From positions 4,104 to 68,103 of the forward strand of contig JAEDDH010000010.1 in NCBI GenBank assembly GCA_016293845.1: a DNA stretch of 64,000 nucleotides. The letters are read 5' to 3'. The notes under the pieces were generated by a model. The model was not told the DNA's origin. It made no database searches and saw only the letters and a program-made list of their open reading frames with translations. Shown one piece after another: positions 17,324-27,501 of the stretch (its first letter is position 1; every line of letters starts with the position of its first letter). The DNA comes from Bacteroidales bacterium. GTDB taxonomy: Bacteria; Bacteroidota; Bacteroidia; Bacteroidales; UBA3824. The position numbers and the translations under genes are program-made.

Positions 17324-19408
17324 TTACTCTTCAATCTTGTTGCCCCTATTGTCGATAAAGAAATATGTTGTGTCGTTACCGATTTTGAGACAAACTAACG
17401 CTTTGCCGTTGCAGAATGTTTCGCCTGCGCCTTTCATCTTGAGATAGTTGAAGTCGAACATTGGCGGAATTACAATATTACCTGTGGTGTCAACGTATCC
17501 GAATTTACCTTTTGAAAGGTCGTTTTTGTCGTAGCGGTATTTAAAGAGCCACAATCCTTCGGTGGGACGGCGCATACTTAAGAAGTAAGTAGAGTCGCTG
17601 TTGATATTGTTTTGCACTTCGGTGATATAAGCATTTCTGCGGTTTTCGGCGTTGCGGTATTTGCGTTGAGCAACGGTGTCGGTGTTGTCGTATCGGATAG
17701 CGCGTTTGTAAGCTGTGATTGCGCTGTCGATATAGTGAGGATTGTCGTTAGAGAAATGCTCCATATAGTAGTCGCCAAGATTCATTTGCACATCGTGAGG
17801 TGTTTGAATAGCAGTGGTTTCTATTTCGGGTTGAACAGCTTTGTTGGCTAAGTATTTGCCAATAAAGAATATAGCTGCAACGCCGAGCAACAACAATAAT
17901 ACTGTGATTAAACCCCACCAAGCTTTGCGGCGGAGTTTTTTAGCGTGGGCGTTTTCTTTTATTGACGGATCTTTGCGTTGTGCGTTCCAATATGCAAACG
18001 GAGCTATAAAGATATTAAGCCAACGTAGCCATTTGTTTTTGAAAAAGTTAGTACTCTTGTCGAGCGACTTGGCAATTTCATAACGTTTTTTGAGGTTTTC
18101 GTCGGCAACATTGTAGTTGCGGGCCGTTTTGAAACATTCGGCGGCATTGGCAAAATCACCAACTTCTAACAGAGCCTCGCCTTGAGCCTCAAATTTCTTG
18201 GAGTTTGCCTCGGCATTTTCACCATCTTTGAGCTCGGCAGCATCTTCGTATTCTTCGTAAGCATTGATATAGTCGCGAGTTGCAAACAAGAGGTCTCCCT
18301 TGATCATTTTATACATAAAAGAGAGTGTGTTGCTATTTTCGCGAATACCGGCGTCAATTTCGCTTTTGCGATTGTCGGGAAGAATATTTTTGTATTTTAT
18401 ATACTCATAAATATAAAGTGCGCGCGAAGGTTGATATTTGGTAGCGTATGCATCGGCTTTGTAGATGAGGTCGCTTGCCGGAGTGTTTGAGAGGTCGCCA
18501 AATTCAAAGTCGTTGAGGTAGTTAGGCACTTTGCTAACTTCGCGGCGAAGGTCGAATATTTTGCGCTGTTTGTCGGTGAGGTTGGTTTTGTGGAGAAGTT
18601 CAAGTTCTTCAAACTGCTCTTTAAACTTAATGGTATTTTCAAGCTCACCGATTTTTGGCTCTTGACTGTTGGTGATGTTGGTAGCTGCAACAGGTTTGTG
18701 AGCGGCTGCAACGGGAGCGGCTTCTGCAATAATAGGCGAGGCTGCTGCGCTAATAGCTGCTGCCACCGCTTCGGCATTAGGAGCCGAAACTGTTTTGATG
18801 GTTTGCGTGGTAACTGTAGTGGTTGTGGTGGTAGTTGTTGTGTGTGTTTCGGGCTCTGCCTTTGGCTCTTCTACCACTGCAACGTCTGACGAAAAATCAA
18901 GAAGGTCGTCGCTGTTGCCGTCAACGTCAGATGTGTATTTGTGTTCTGATTCAAACCATTTGCCTGTGATTTTAAAATCAGCCAAAAGTCCAAAAATAGC
19001 TTTACTATCGATTAGCAAAAGTTCTAATCCGTTTTCTTTGGCAATACGCGAAGTCCAATTTTCCCACCAAGAGGTTTCTTCGGACGTTAGTTTAGTAGGT
19101 ACAATGAGCACCCATTTCTTTATGTCGTTGGTTTTCATAAAGGGGAGATTGTCGTTGAGCGACTTTCTGATTTGCCCTTTACGCGAGTTAGAAATACCGT
19201 CGGTAAAAAATTTGGGGAGGTAAATAATCGAGTTTTTACCTTGATTGTCGACTTTGGAGGTGTCGTTTTCTAAGATATCAGCCGATTTAATGATATTGTG
19301 GTCGGGATATTTTAGCCTCATAAGGTCTTCGCAGAGGTCGCAGAAAGTAAGTCGTGCCACCTGTTCGTTTTCGTATGCTTTTCTAAATTCGTCCCACGTA
19401 TGTTGCAT
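17324..19408 (-). CDS. Single-pass membrane protein: unassigned cytoplasmic N-domain, Thr/Ala-rich linker, TPR-like helices, TM helix and C-terminal WG-repeat domain
   Basis: 694 aa. Poly-Thr (TTTTTTTTVTT), TM helix WWGLITVLLLLLGVAAIFFIG, and a C-terminal KGKFGYVDTTGNIVIPPMFD motif typical of WG/KWG beta-repeats. Confidence 0.6.
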   Translation of the reverse strand: MQHTWDEFRKAYENEQVARLTFCDLCEDLMRLKYPDHNIIKSADILENDTSKVDNQGKNSIIYLPKFFTDGISNSRKGQIRKSLNDNLPFMKTNDIKKWVLIVPTKLTSEETSWWENWTSRIAKENGLELLLIDSKAIFGLLADFKITGKWFESEHKYTSDVDGNSDDLLDFSSDVAVVEEPKAEPETHTTTTTTTTTVTTQTIKTVSAPNAEAVAAAISAAASPIIAEAAPVAAAHKPVAATNITNSQEPKIGELENTIKFKEQFEELELLHKTNLTDKQRKIFDLRREVSKVPNYLNDFEFGDLSNTPASDLIYKADAYATKYQPSRALYIYEYIKYKNILPDNRKSEIDAGIRENSNTLSFMYKMIKGDLLFATRDYINAYEEYEDAAELKDGENAEANSKKFEAQGEALLEVGDFANAAECFKTARNYNVADENLKKRYEIAKSLDKSTNFFKNKWLRWLNIFIAPFAYWNAQRKDPSIKENAHAKKLRRKAWWGLITVLLLLLGVAAIFFIGKYLANKAVQPEIETTAIQTPHDVQMNLGDYYMEHFSNDNPHYIDSAITAYKRAIRYDNTDTVAQRKYRNAENRRNAYITEVQNNINSDSTYFLSMRRPTEGLWLFKYRYDKNDLSKGKFGYVDTTGNIVIPPMFDFNYLKMKGAGETFCNGKALVCLKIGNDTTYFFIDNRGNKIEE

Positions 19409-19574
19409 AATTATCTGTATATATGTAAGTTGGTTGATGTTGTGGTTTGCCTTTGCCTAAGCTGTTGTATGCTTACGGCGGTAAGGCAAATTTACAAATA
19501 TTTATGTATAAAACAAATATGAAGATTATTTTTTTTATTTTTTATCTTAATCGGCGTTGTTGCGAGCATTTTTA

Positions 19575-19657
19575 AAGAAAAAACTCCCCGAGTCCTCACG
19601 GATACGGGGAGAAACTTTAAAAATTATGGATTATGACAATATATACGCGATTGACGT
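19575..19657 (-). ncRNA. Candidate short transcript (sRNA or leader) defined by a -7 box and an intrinsic terminator
   Basis: A minus-strand TACCTTTG -7 box lies at 19671-19664. About 55 nt downstream is the hairpin CTCCCCG/CGGGGAG (19611-19584), followed on the minus strand by TTTTTTCTT. Confidence 0.3.
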
Positions 19658-19735
19658 ACGGGGCAAAGGTAAAAAATATTTTTTATCTAAGCACGTTGTT
19701 GGTGATATTTTTTTTATTTTTGTGATGTCAGAATT

Positions 19736-20209
19736 ATGAAGAATAAAATATACATATTAGCCATTGCACTTTTTATGGTGCTTGTAGCGGTGTCTGTGGT
19801 GGCAATTTTCAAGTTGAAAAGTGCCAACAACGGATCCGAAATACTATTAAAATTGGCACCCGTTGACCCGCGTTCGCTTATTCAGGGCGACTATATGGCG
19901 CTCGACTACGAACTTATGTGGGAAATCCGCTACAAGGGCGATTACAAATTTGTGGTGGTAACAGTAGACGACAACCGCGTGGCAACGTTCAACCGCCTAC
20001 AAAACGACAGCACCCAGAATGCCAACGAACTCCTACTCCGCTACAAACGCGACGGCAATAAAATTTCCTTGGGCGCCGAACACTTTTTCTTCAATGCCGA
20101 CTCCGTAGACAAATACCAACAAGCCGAATACGGATTAATCAAAGTAGATAATCAAGGCAGATGCAGCCTTGTTGGCGTGTGTGATAATGAAAAAAGGTTG
20201 ATTGAGTAG
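19736..20209 (+). CDS. GDYXXLXY domain-containing membrane-anchored protein
   Basis: 157 aa. N-terminal TM helix and the literal family motif in LIQGDYMALDYEL. Confidence 0.8.
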   Translation: MKNKIYILAIALFMVLVAVSVVAIFKLKSANNGSEILLKLAPVDPRSLIQGDYMALDYELMWEIRYKGDYKFVVVTVDDNRVATFNRLQNDSTQNANELLLRYKRDGNKISLGAEHFFFNADSVDKYQQAEYGLIKVDNQGRCSLVGVCDNEKRLIE

Positions 20210-20213
20210 CCCG

Positions 20214-20740
20214 CTAACACTCAATAACACAGCACCTACCCCATTGCCTCAACCGTTCGGCATTGACCTTTTCGCATTGTTTATCGGGGAAAATCCAGAG
20301 AACTTTGGGTTTGCGACCTGTTATTATAGGTTCGTCGGCGTAACCGTCGGTAAAGATTATTATGCCATCGTAATGAGTTTTGGATGTGCGGAAATAATCA
20401 AAAACTGGCTGAAAATCAGAACCTCCGCGACCAATTACTTTTATTTCGGTCTGCGCTTTTTTGAGTGGAAGAATTTCTCCTAACTCGGTATCAAACTGCA
20501 CTGTATCAATACTTTCGATGCCGTATTTAAAGAAACGATTTTAACACCGAATAAAACTTTTGCAACATTTTGCTCTCTACCGAGCCGCTCACATCTACCG
20601 CCACCAAATGGTTTGTGCGCATTTTGTACAGGCTGCCAAGGTTTTGAAAAATAGAAACCAATTGTCGTAAATATGCTTGCTAATACGGTTGTATGAGGTC
20701 ATTATGCCAACTATAATATACTTACCAACTGCATTTACTT
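20214..20740 (-). pseudogene. VWA-like (DUF2201-type) protein remnant, frameshifted and N-terminally truncated
   Basis: Minus-strand frames read HLVAVDVSGSVESKMLQKFYSVLKSFL*, then after a frame change KYGIESIDTVQFDTELGEILPLKK...RGGSDFQPVFDYF...IIIFTDGYADEP. This gives the MIDAS-like DxSGS motif and VWA C-terminus, but no intact N-terminal domain or start. Confidence 0.6.
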
Positions 20741-21497
20741 TTGATACACCTCCATTGCGTTAGCCACTATGAATGCCACAGCCGAGGGGTACATACCTTG
20801 CGAAAATACCGATGTAAAATGCGCCAAGGATTCTTTGTTGCTGCCTGATTCAAGGAGGGCACTGTATTTTTTGAGGTTGGCGGCGGCGGTGTTTTTCTCT
20901 TCGGTGGAGATATGTAGAATAATATCCGAAACTTTTTTCCAAGCCCTGTGGTCGGGAAATGTTTCTAACCCGCTGTCGATTTGCGGACGGTCTGCCACAT
21001 TGCCATCAAGCCAATCGGGATTGGAGGCAATAAAATCGGTTACGCGACTGTCAAGTTTCTGTTTTTCAGCCCACAAGAGCCATTTTTTGAGGTATAAAAT
21101 TATATTACTTTCTCTAACGATTATTTTTCTCGTTTATTACTTTTACACAGTAGCATAATTTTCAATCTTTTGATTCCAATTTTTTCCATTGCGTAGATTT
21201 TGGGGTTATTCTCAGTTGATTTCCGGCATTGGTAGCAATCCAAAAAAATGGATATTGTTTTATGTTGCTTATGGAAGGTACTTTATCCAAAACTTTTCAA
21301 GCCATTTGGCTTTATCGACAACCCATTTTTATCACTTTGTTTCAAGGCTTTATCTATATTCACACTACTGTTGACCTTCGACAAATCCCAAAAATCAAAT
21401 TTTGCTTTATTGTTTTTTTCTACCGCTTGAATACCTTTTGAAAATACCCAGGCAAATCAGTTTTAACTGCTTTTTCAAAAGTCATAACCATCTTATT
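20735..21497 (-). pseudogene. Decayed coding remnants in several frames; the 20735-21076 piece may be the tail of the ATPase partner of the VWA gene
   Basis: Short minus-strand ORF pieces (MVMTFEKAVKTDLPGYFQKVFKR*, ...AVEKNNKAKFDFWDLSKVNSS..., ...QYPFFWIATNAGNQLRITPK..., then KKWLLWAEKQKLDSRVTDFIASNPDWLDG...) are interrupted by stops and frame changes. Confidence 0.35.
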
Positions 21498-22610
21498 TTA
21501 AAACTTTGAAACAATACTACCGGCTCTGTCGGCAGAAAGCGACATTCCACTCCAAATAGAAACATCCTCGTCGTCGGAATATACATCAAGCGTCGAAATA
21601 TCTTTTGAATAAACCTTACGTGTTTTGTTATCGGGTGAAAAATAATAAACTTTTATAACTTTTTCGGCAAGACCATCAAAAACAGATTTGTCTTTTATCT
21701 TAAAGTCAAACATCTCGGCAATATTGTCTATTTTGGCATTACTCTCTTTCAGATGGTTAATAGCCCACACAAAATCCAACGGTGTTGACGAATGAGTTGA
21801 AATAATGACCTTTACTCCGTTTTTGATTAACTGTAAAACGGTGAACATAAATTCGACAATAGCGCGTGGGTGAAGGCCAAGTTCAGGTTCTTCGATGATG
21901 ATGTAATCAATAGTATTCTTTAACTTAAAAAAATCTAATGCCATTAAAAGGGGGGTAAACTCTCTCTGACCTGTACTCCACACCATATAAGGTATTGTTT
22001 GTTTTCAACTGTCATTTCTAATCGAGGACTACCCGCACTCCGGCGCATATTAATTTCGGATATTTTCAGAAAATCGTAATCTTGAATAACCCCCTTTAAT
22101 ATTTCAGTTGAATGCAATCTAACATATTGTTGTAAATAATTACAAAACTTGACCAAAACGTATGGGGTATTAATAAAGTCATCAGAAGTTTTTATTCTTC
22201 CTTCCGATAATGCCAAACTTCTTTGAGCAGGTATATATCTTATATCAGAAAGTGTGTGATTAGCAATAATCTTATAGTCGGAATGGTCTTTATTCAAAAC
22301 ATTTAAGGCATTATCAACTTTTGATAAAATATGTATATTACAATCATCTAATACTAAATGAGTATCATTTTTAATAATTGTATGCATATTATCACCATAG
22401 TAGTAATCTAAAAAAAACATTAGATTACCGCCTGCATTATGTGTGTAAAAGTCAGTCACAGCAACGTCATCCTTCACCAATTGAAACGTCTCCAAAAACA
22501 GCGTTTTACCGCTTGCTTGTGGACCAGTTAAGATGGTCAAGTCGCCAAAATCTACTTCGGCTTTGGCTATTGGTCCTAAATTCTCTACTACAAAGTTGTC
22601 TATACACCTT
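21498..22610 (-). pseudogene. AAA/ABC-type ATPase (AAA_15/AAA_21-like), frameshifted and lacking a canonical start
   Basis: The N-part reads IDNFVVENLGPIAKAEVDFGDLTILTGPQASGKT (Walker A). The C-part reads WSTGQREFTPLLMAL...IIIEEPELGLHP (ABC signature-like plus Walker B). The frames switch near 21990-22005. There is no ATG upstream of the Walker A segment before a TAA. Confidence 0.7.
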
Positions 22611-22617
22611 GATTATT

Positions 22618-22650
22618 AAAAAAACAGGGCTGAATCATATTTCTCAGCCC
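22618..22650 (-). terminator. Intrinsic terminator of the fumarate hydratase gene
   Basis: On the minus strand GGGCTGA-GAAATATGAT-TCAGCCC is followed by TGTTTTTTT. Confidence 0.65.
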
Positions 22651-22681
22651 CGTTTCCAATTATCAACATTCAATTTTCAAC

Positions 22682-24334
22682 TTACGCGATTATTGTGCAG
22701 CCAGAGCAGGGTTTCAACTGTTTGAAAAAGTCGTTGCCCTTGTCGTCTACGAGTATGAAGGCGGGGAAATCTTGTACTTTGATTTTCCAAATTGCCTCCA
22801 TTCCAAGTTCGGGATACTCTACGCACTCGATGCTCTTGATGTTGTTTTGAGCAAGGATAGCGGCAGGACCACCGATTGAGCCAAGGTAAAATCCGCCGTG
22901 CTTTTTGCAAGCGTCGGTAACGTCTTGTGTGCGGTTGCCTTTGGCAAGCATAATCATTGAGCCGCCGTGGTCTTGAAACTCGTCAACATACGGGTCCATA
23001 CGGTTGGCAGTGGTGGGACCCATTGATCCACAAGGCATTCCTGCGGGAGTTTTGGCAGGTCCGGCGTAATAAATCGGGTGGTCTTTCATATACTGCGGAA
23101 GGTCTTCGCCAGCGTCTAACCGTGCTTTGATTTTGGCGTGCGCAATGTCGCGACCTACTATGATAGTGCCGTTGAGCGAAAGACGTGTGGCAACGGGATA
23201 TTTGGTAAGTATCTTGCAAACCTCGCTCATAGGTTGGTCGAGGTCGATTTTTACAGCGTTGCCTTCGCCAGCGTTGCGGAGTTCTTCGGGAATGAGTTCG
23301 GTAGGATTGTCGTCCATTTTTTCAATCCAAATACCGTCTTTGTTGATTTTTGCCTTGATGTTGCGGTCGGCAGAGCAACTTACGCCCAGACCAATCGGGC
23401 AACTTGCACCGTGGCGCGGAAGACGTATCACACGCACGTCGTGAGCCATATATTTGCCGCTAAACTGTGCGCCGAGACCAATTTTGTAAGCCTCTTGAAG
23501 AAGTTCTTTTTCAAGTTCCACATCGCGGAATGCGCGTCCAGTTTCGTCGCCGGTGGTGGGCAATGAATCGTAGTAATGGGTAGATGCCAACTTAACGGTC
23601 AAGAGGTTCTTTTCAGCTGATGTTCCGCCAATTACAAATGCAATGTGGTAAGGAGGACAAGCCGCTGTGCCGAGGCTCTTCATTTTTTCTACCAAGAATG
23701 GAACCAATGTGTCAGGGTTTTGGATACGTGCTTTGGTTTCTTGATAAAGGTAAGTTTTGTTTGCCGAGCCGCCGCCTTTGGTTACCATAAGGAATTTGTA
23801 TTCCATACCTTCGGTGGCTTCGATGTCGATTTGCGCAGGAAGGTTGCAACGTGTGTTTTTCTCTTCGTACATACTCAATGGAGCGTTTTGCGAATAGCGC
23901 AGATTGTCCTGAGTATAAGTGTTGTAAACGCCTTTTGCAAGAAATTCTTCATCACAGAATCCTGTCCACACCTGCTGACCTTTTTCGCCGTGGATAATGG
24001 CTGTACCGGTGTCTTGGCAGAGGGGAAGTTGACCCTTTACCGAAACTTCGGCATTGCGCAAGAATGTGAGAGCCACATATTTGTCGTTTTCAGATGCCTC
24101 AGGGTCGCGGAGAATCTTGGCTACCTGTTCGTTGTGTTTGCGGCGGAGCATAAACGATACATCGTGAAATGCCTGTTGCGAAAGTTTTTCCAAAGCCTCG
24201 GGCGCAACCTTCAAGATCGGTTTGCCTTCAAATTCCGAAACCGAAACTCCTTCTTTTGTAAGGAGATAATATTCGGTATCGTCCTTGCCCAACTGAAACA
24301 TCGGGGCATATTTAAAATCGGGAATGTTTGCCAT
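22682..24334 (-). CDS. fumB: Class I (Fe-S) fumarate hydratase
   Basis: 550 aa. It is full-length collinear with the class I fumarase architecture (N-terminal alpha and C-terminal beta domains) and carries the Cys ligand region CQDTGTAI. Confidence 0.93.
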   Translation of the reverse strand: MANIPDFKYAPMFQLGKDDTEYYLLTKEGVSVSEFEGKPILKVAPEALEKLSQQAFHDVSFMLRRKHNEQVAKILRDPEASENDKYVALTFLRNAEVSVKGQLPLCQDTGTAIIHGEKGQQVWTGFCDEEFLAKGVYNTYTQDNLRYSQNAPLSMYEEKNTRCNLPAQIDIEATEGMEYKFLMVTKGGGSANKTYLYQETKARIQNPDTLVPFLVEKMKSLGTAACPPYHIAFVIGGTSAEKNLLTVKLASTHYYDSLPTTGDETGRAFRDVELEKELLQEAYKIGLGAQFSGKYMAHDVRVIRLPRHGASCPIGLGVSCSADRNIKAKINKDGIWIEKMDDNPTELIPEELRNAGEGNAVKIDLDQPMSEVCKILTKYPVATRLSLNGTIIVGRDIAHAKIKARLDAGEDLPQYMKDHPIYYAGPAKTPAGMPCGSMGPTTANRMDPYVDEFQDHGGSMIMLAKGNRTQDVTDACKKHGGFYLGSIGGPAAILAQNNIKSIECVEYPELGMEAIWKIKVQDFPAFILVDDKGNDFFKQLKPCSGCTIIA

Positions 24335-24474
24335 TTGTTTAAAATATTTGATATGTTTGTTTAGTGCAAAAGTAGGGATTATTTTTGGTATAATAACAAT
24401 ATTTCAATAGATATTTTTTAACAAAACACCATTAGCCACAACTAAATTGTTTTTGTTGTTAATAAAAAATCCAT

Positions 24475-24482
24475 TACTTTTG
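24475..24482 (+). promoter_or_regulatory. Bacteroides-type -7 promoter box (TAnnTTTG)
   Basis: TACTTTTG lies 27 nt upstream of the ATG at 24509. Confidence 0.45.
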
Positions 24483-24508
24483 CGGTGTTAGCAAAATAGA
24501 ATCGTACG

Positions 24509-24865
24509 ATGGATACTCTAAAAATAATTGCCATTATACTTGCCACGTGCCTTTTAAGTGCGTGTTGCACTCCTATTGCATCTATCACAAAGCACCCCGA
24601 CAACTACCGTGGCAAAACCGTAATTGTAAAAGGCAGAGTTATCAACACCCTCCGCCTCGAAGACCTTAGTTTCTTCACCATCAAAAACCATGGAAAAATC
24701 AACATCACTACCACAAGTTTCCTCCCTGTAAAAGACGACTATGTGCGCGTAAAAGGCATTGTAGACGACAAATTCTACTATCAGCGCGACACGATACTCA
24801 TTATACGCGAAATTGTGGAAATCGACGAAACCAAAAAACCTGACTTTAATCGAATGGTAAACTAA
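24509..24865 (+). CDS. Small lipoprotein, unknown function (OB-fold-like composition)
   Basis: 118 aa. Lipobox LLSAC. Its stop overlaps the next start as TAATG. Confidence 0.5.
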   Translation: MDTLKIIAIILATCLLSACCTPIASITKHPDNYRGKTVIVKGRVINTLRLEDLSFFTIKNHGKINITTTSFLPVKDDYVRVKGIVDDKFYYQRDTILIIREIVEIDETKKPDFNRMVN

Positions 24866-26337
24866 TGATGAATAAGTGGTTGATATTATTGTGGTTAATT
24901 ACGGCGGCGCAATTGGTAAACGCTCAAAATTTTAAAATCAGCCGTGTTGACGAAAGCAGGTTTCCCGAAATTTCGTTTCAACTTGAAATTTCAGGCGGAA
25001 GCGAAAAATCTATCGAAGATTTCTCGTTAGAAGAACTATCTAAAAGCATTGAATACACCTCCGAAGCCACCGATGCTGCAGGTGCGCAAATTTCAAGGAC
25101 TTATATTTATTTAGTAGAAAACTCATACTATTTCCATAAAAACCATATCCATCCTGAAATAATTTCGGCTTTAAAACAAATTACAGGCAGCATTGACGAA
25201 GACGACCGTATCAACATTCTGTTTTTTGGCGGGAAACTTCAACCCACGGTTAAATACGTGAGCATAGAACCAACCTCCGACACAAAACGGCTCGTCAGCA
25301 TGACAGATAGTTATTTTCGTTCAGAATCAGACAGCACATGTATCGACAATCCGCTATACCCAAGTATCGAAGAGGCAGCAGAATACGCTCTTTCGTTGAC
25401 GTCGCAAAACAGTGCAAAATTTCTCACCATCATAGCACGAGGTCTCAATTTGTGCAACACTCTCGCTTTTTCGCCAAACTTTGTGGAGCTGATGCACAAG
25501 AGCGACCTTTATATTAATATGGTGATGTTTAAAACTGAAACACCCAACGCCCGGCGCGACCTTGCCGACCTCTGCGAATCGTCTGGAGGGTCGTTTGTAA
25601 CGTTTGAAAAAGGTGAGTTGGAAAAGTCGCTTATGCAGCTTGCCGAAAAAAACAGCAAAACTCCGCCAAAAACCACAAGCCACTGCTATCAAATATCGTT
25701 TGAAACTCAGCAAAACGGCACCAGCAATTTTGTAAAGGCGAAATTCAACGGCGCAGAAACCGTAATTGAGTTTTCAAACCCCACAAAGACAGGCATTTTT
25801 GGACGGCATCCCTCCACAGCATTTGCAGGCATTATGTTCGCGGTTTTGGCAGCTGTGCTCATTATCTATGCCGTGGCTCGAAACAAGGTGATCAAAAAAA
25901 TCGACGACGCTACAAAACTCAAAATCCGCGAAATACAAATTCAAAACAAACGCCTAAAACGCGAAATCGAAAAATACCGCAAGCATCCTATCAGCGTTTC
26001 GCATTCGTTCGACGATTTCAACTCTGCCGAAAACCTTATGGCAGGCGGTCAGCAGACACCGAAACTAATCTGCGCCAACGACGGCGAAAACACTTCTTAC
26101 GACCTCAACAAATTGGTAATGTCGATTGGACGTGCCGACGACAACGATATTGTAATACCAAATCGTACAGTTTCTTCGCACCACGCAACGCTCAGTTTTG
26201 AAGGCGGAGTATTCTACATAAGCGACAACGACAGCACCAACGGCATTTTTGTTAACGATATAAAAATTACAAAAAGCAAAGTTCAAAACGACGACATTAT
26301 ACGCATCGGCTCGGTGTTCGCCAAATTAAAATACTAA
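24865..26337 (+). CDS. FHA domain-containing membrane protein
   Basis: 490 aa. Signal peptide, extracytoplasmic domain, TM helix (AFAGIMFAVLAAVLIIYAV) and a C-terminal FHA domain (MSIGRADDNDIVIPNRTVSSHHATLSFEGGVFYISDNDSTNGIFVN). Confidence 0.8.
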   Translation: MMNKWLILLWLITAAQLVNAQNFKISRVDESRFPEISFQLEISGGSEKSIEDFSLEELSKSIEYTSEATDAAGAQISRTYIYLVENSYYFHKNHIHPEIISALKQITGSIDEDDRINILFFGGKLQPTVKYVSIEPTSDTKRLVSMTDSYFRSESDSTCIDNPLYPSIEEAAEYALSLTSQNSAKFLTIIARGLNLCNTLAFSPNFVELMHKSDLYINMVMFKTETPNARRDLADLCESSGGSFVTFEKGELEKSLMQLAEKNSKTPPKTTSHCYQISFETQQNGTSNFVKAKFNGAETVIEFSNPTKTGIFGRHPSTAFAGIMFAVLAAVLIIYAVARNKVIKKIDDATKLKIREIQIQNKRLKREIEKYRKHPISVSHSFDDFNSAENLMAGGQQTPKLICANDGENTSYDLNKLVMSIGRADDNDIVIPNRTVSSHHATLSFEGGVFYISDNDSTNGIFVNDIKITKSKVQNDDIIRIGSVFAKLKY

Positions 26338-26343
26338 AATAAT

Positions 26344-27489
26344 ATGGCAGAGACAAAAGAATTAACCAATTTTCACTACATCAGCCTTACCGATAAAGGT
26401 TGTGTCCGCACCAACAATGAGGACTATCTCGGCTATTTCGACACGCTCAACGGTCATGTGTTTGTGGTGTGCGATGGCGTTGGCGGGCTTCCTTGTGGCG
26501 AAAGAGCTTCGCAAACTGTGGTAAATTCGGTTAAGTTCTTTTTTTCAAATTTTTATTACAAAGACCCATACCAAGCACTCTCGGATGCGTTAGATTATGC
26601 ACAAGACCGCATTGCCGACGAGGTGCGCAACGACCGCTCTTGTCAAGGAATGGCCACCACTGTGGTGCTTGCTCTTGTGCGGTACAATACCGTTTATTAT
26701 GCCCACATGGGAGATTCGCGACTTTATTTTCTTCACCACAAAGAACTTATACGCCTTACCAAAGACGACAGCGTGGTGAAAAACGAACTCACCAAGGCTA
26801 TGGGACTTACGCCACCTTGTCGTCCAAATATTTGCACCAAGCCAGTTAATCCCGACGAAAAAGACCTCATAATGCTCTGTACCGACGGACTTTACAATAT
26901 GATTTCGGAAAAAGAGATTCAATCTGTTCTCTGTCGCCGCGGACATATCGAAGACAAGGGTATGGATATGCTCAAAACCGCAATCAAACGAGGTGCACCC
27001 GATAATATTTCGCTACAAATTATAAAATTTTACAACATTGAGTCCAAATACACAGCCACAGCGAATACTCCAAGCGAAGATTCAAAACCAAAAATCAAAA
27101 AAGCTGTTTTGATACTCGAAATTCTTCTTGCTGTGCTGCTTGTGGTGGGTATTGCGGTAATGCGTTTTGGAAGCAAACCTCAAAACACAACCGAAAAAAC
27201 AACCCCGCCAGCCCAATCGTACAGCATCAATATCAAAACCGATGAATCGTGCAATATCGACTCTATATCAAAACTTTACGGCGTAAAAATTGAGTATATA
27301 GCGTTATATAGCAAAGGTGGATACTTTATAATGAATATCCCCGTAAAAAAAATTCTCAAAACACGCTATTACGACAATCTTGCCACATTAGAAAAACATT
27401 TTGGTGTAAGTCGTCGTAGGTTAATGATTATCAATAATATTCAAACCCCGCACATTACTCCGGGCACCAACATTACAATTCCCTTTTAA
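26344..27489 (+). CDS. PP2C-family Ser/Thr phosphatase with TM helix and C-terminal LysM-like repeats
   Basis: PP2C motifs TDKGCVRTNNEDY, VCDGVGG, HMGDSR and CTDGL. TM helix ILEILLAVLLVVGIAVM. The C-terminus DNLATLEKHFGVSRRRLMIINNIQTPHITPGTNITIP fits the LysM pattern. Confidence 0.85.
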   Translation: MAETKELTNFHYISLTDKGCVRTNNEDYLGYFDTLNGHVFVVCDGVGGLPCGERASQTVVNSVKFFFSNFYYKDPYQALSDALDYAQDRIADEVRNDRSCQGMATTVVLALVRYNTVYYAHMGDSRLYFLHHKELIRLTKDDSVVKNELTKAMGLTPPCRPNICTKPVNPDEKDLIMLCTDGLYNMISEKEIQSVLCRRGHIEDKGMDMLKTAIKRGAPDNISLQIIKFYNIESKYTATANTPSEDSKPKIKKAVLILEILLAVLLVVGIAVMRFGSKPQNTTEKTTPPAQSYSINIKTDESCNIDSISKLYGVKIEYIALYSKGGYFIMNIPVKKILKTRYYDNLATLEKHFGVSRRRLMIINNIQTPHITPGTNITIPF

Positions 27490-27501
27490 AACCGAAAAAT
27501 T

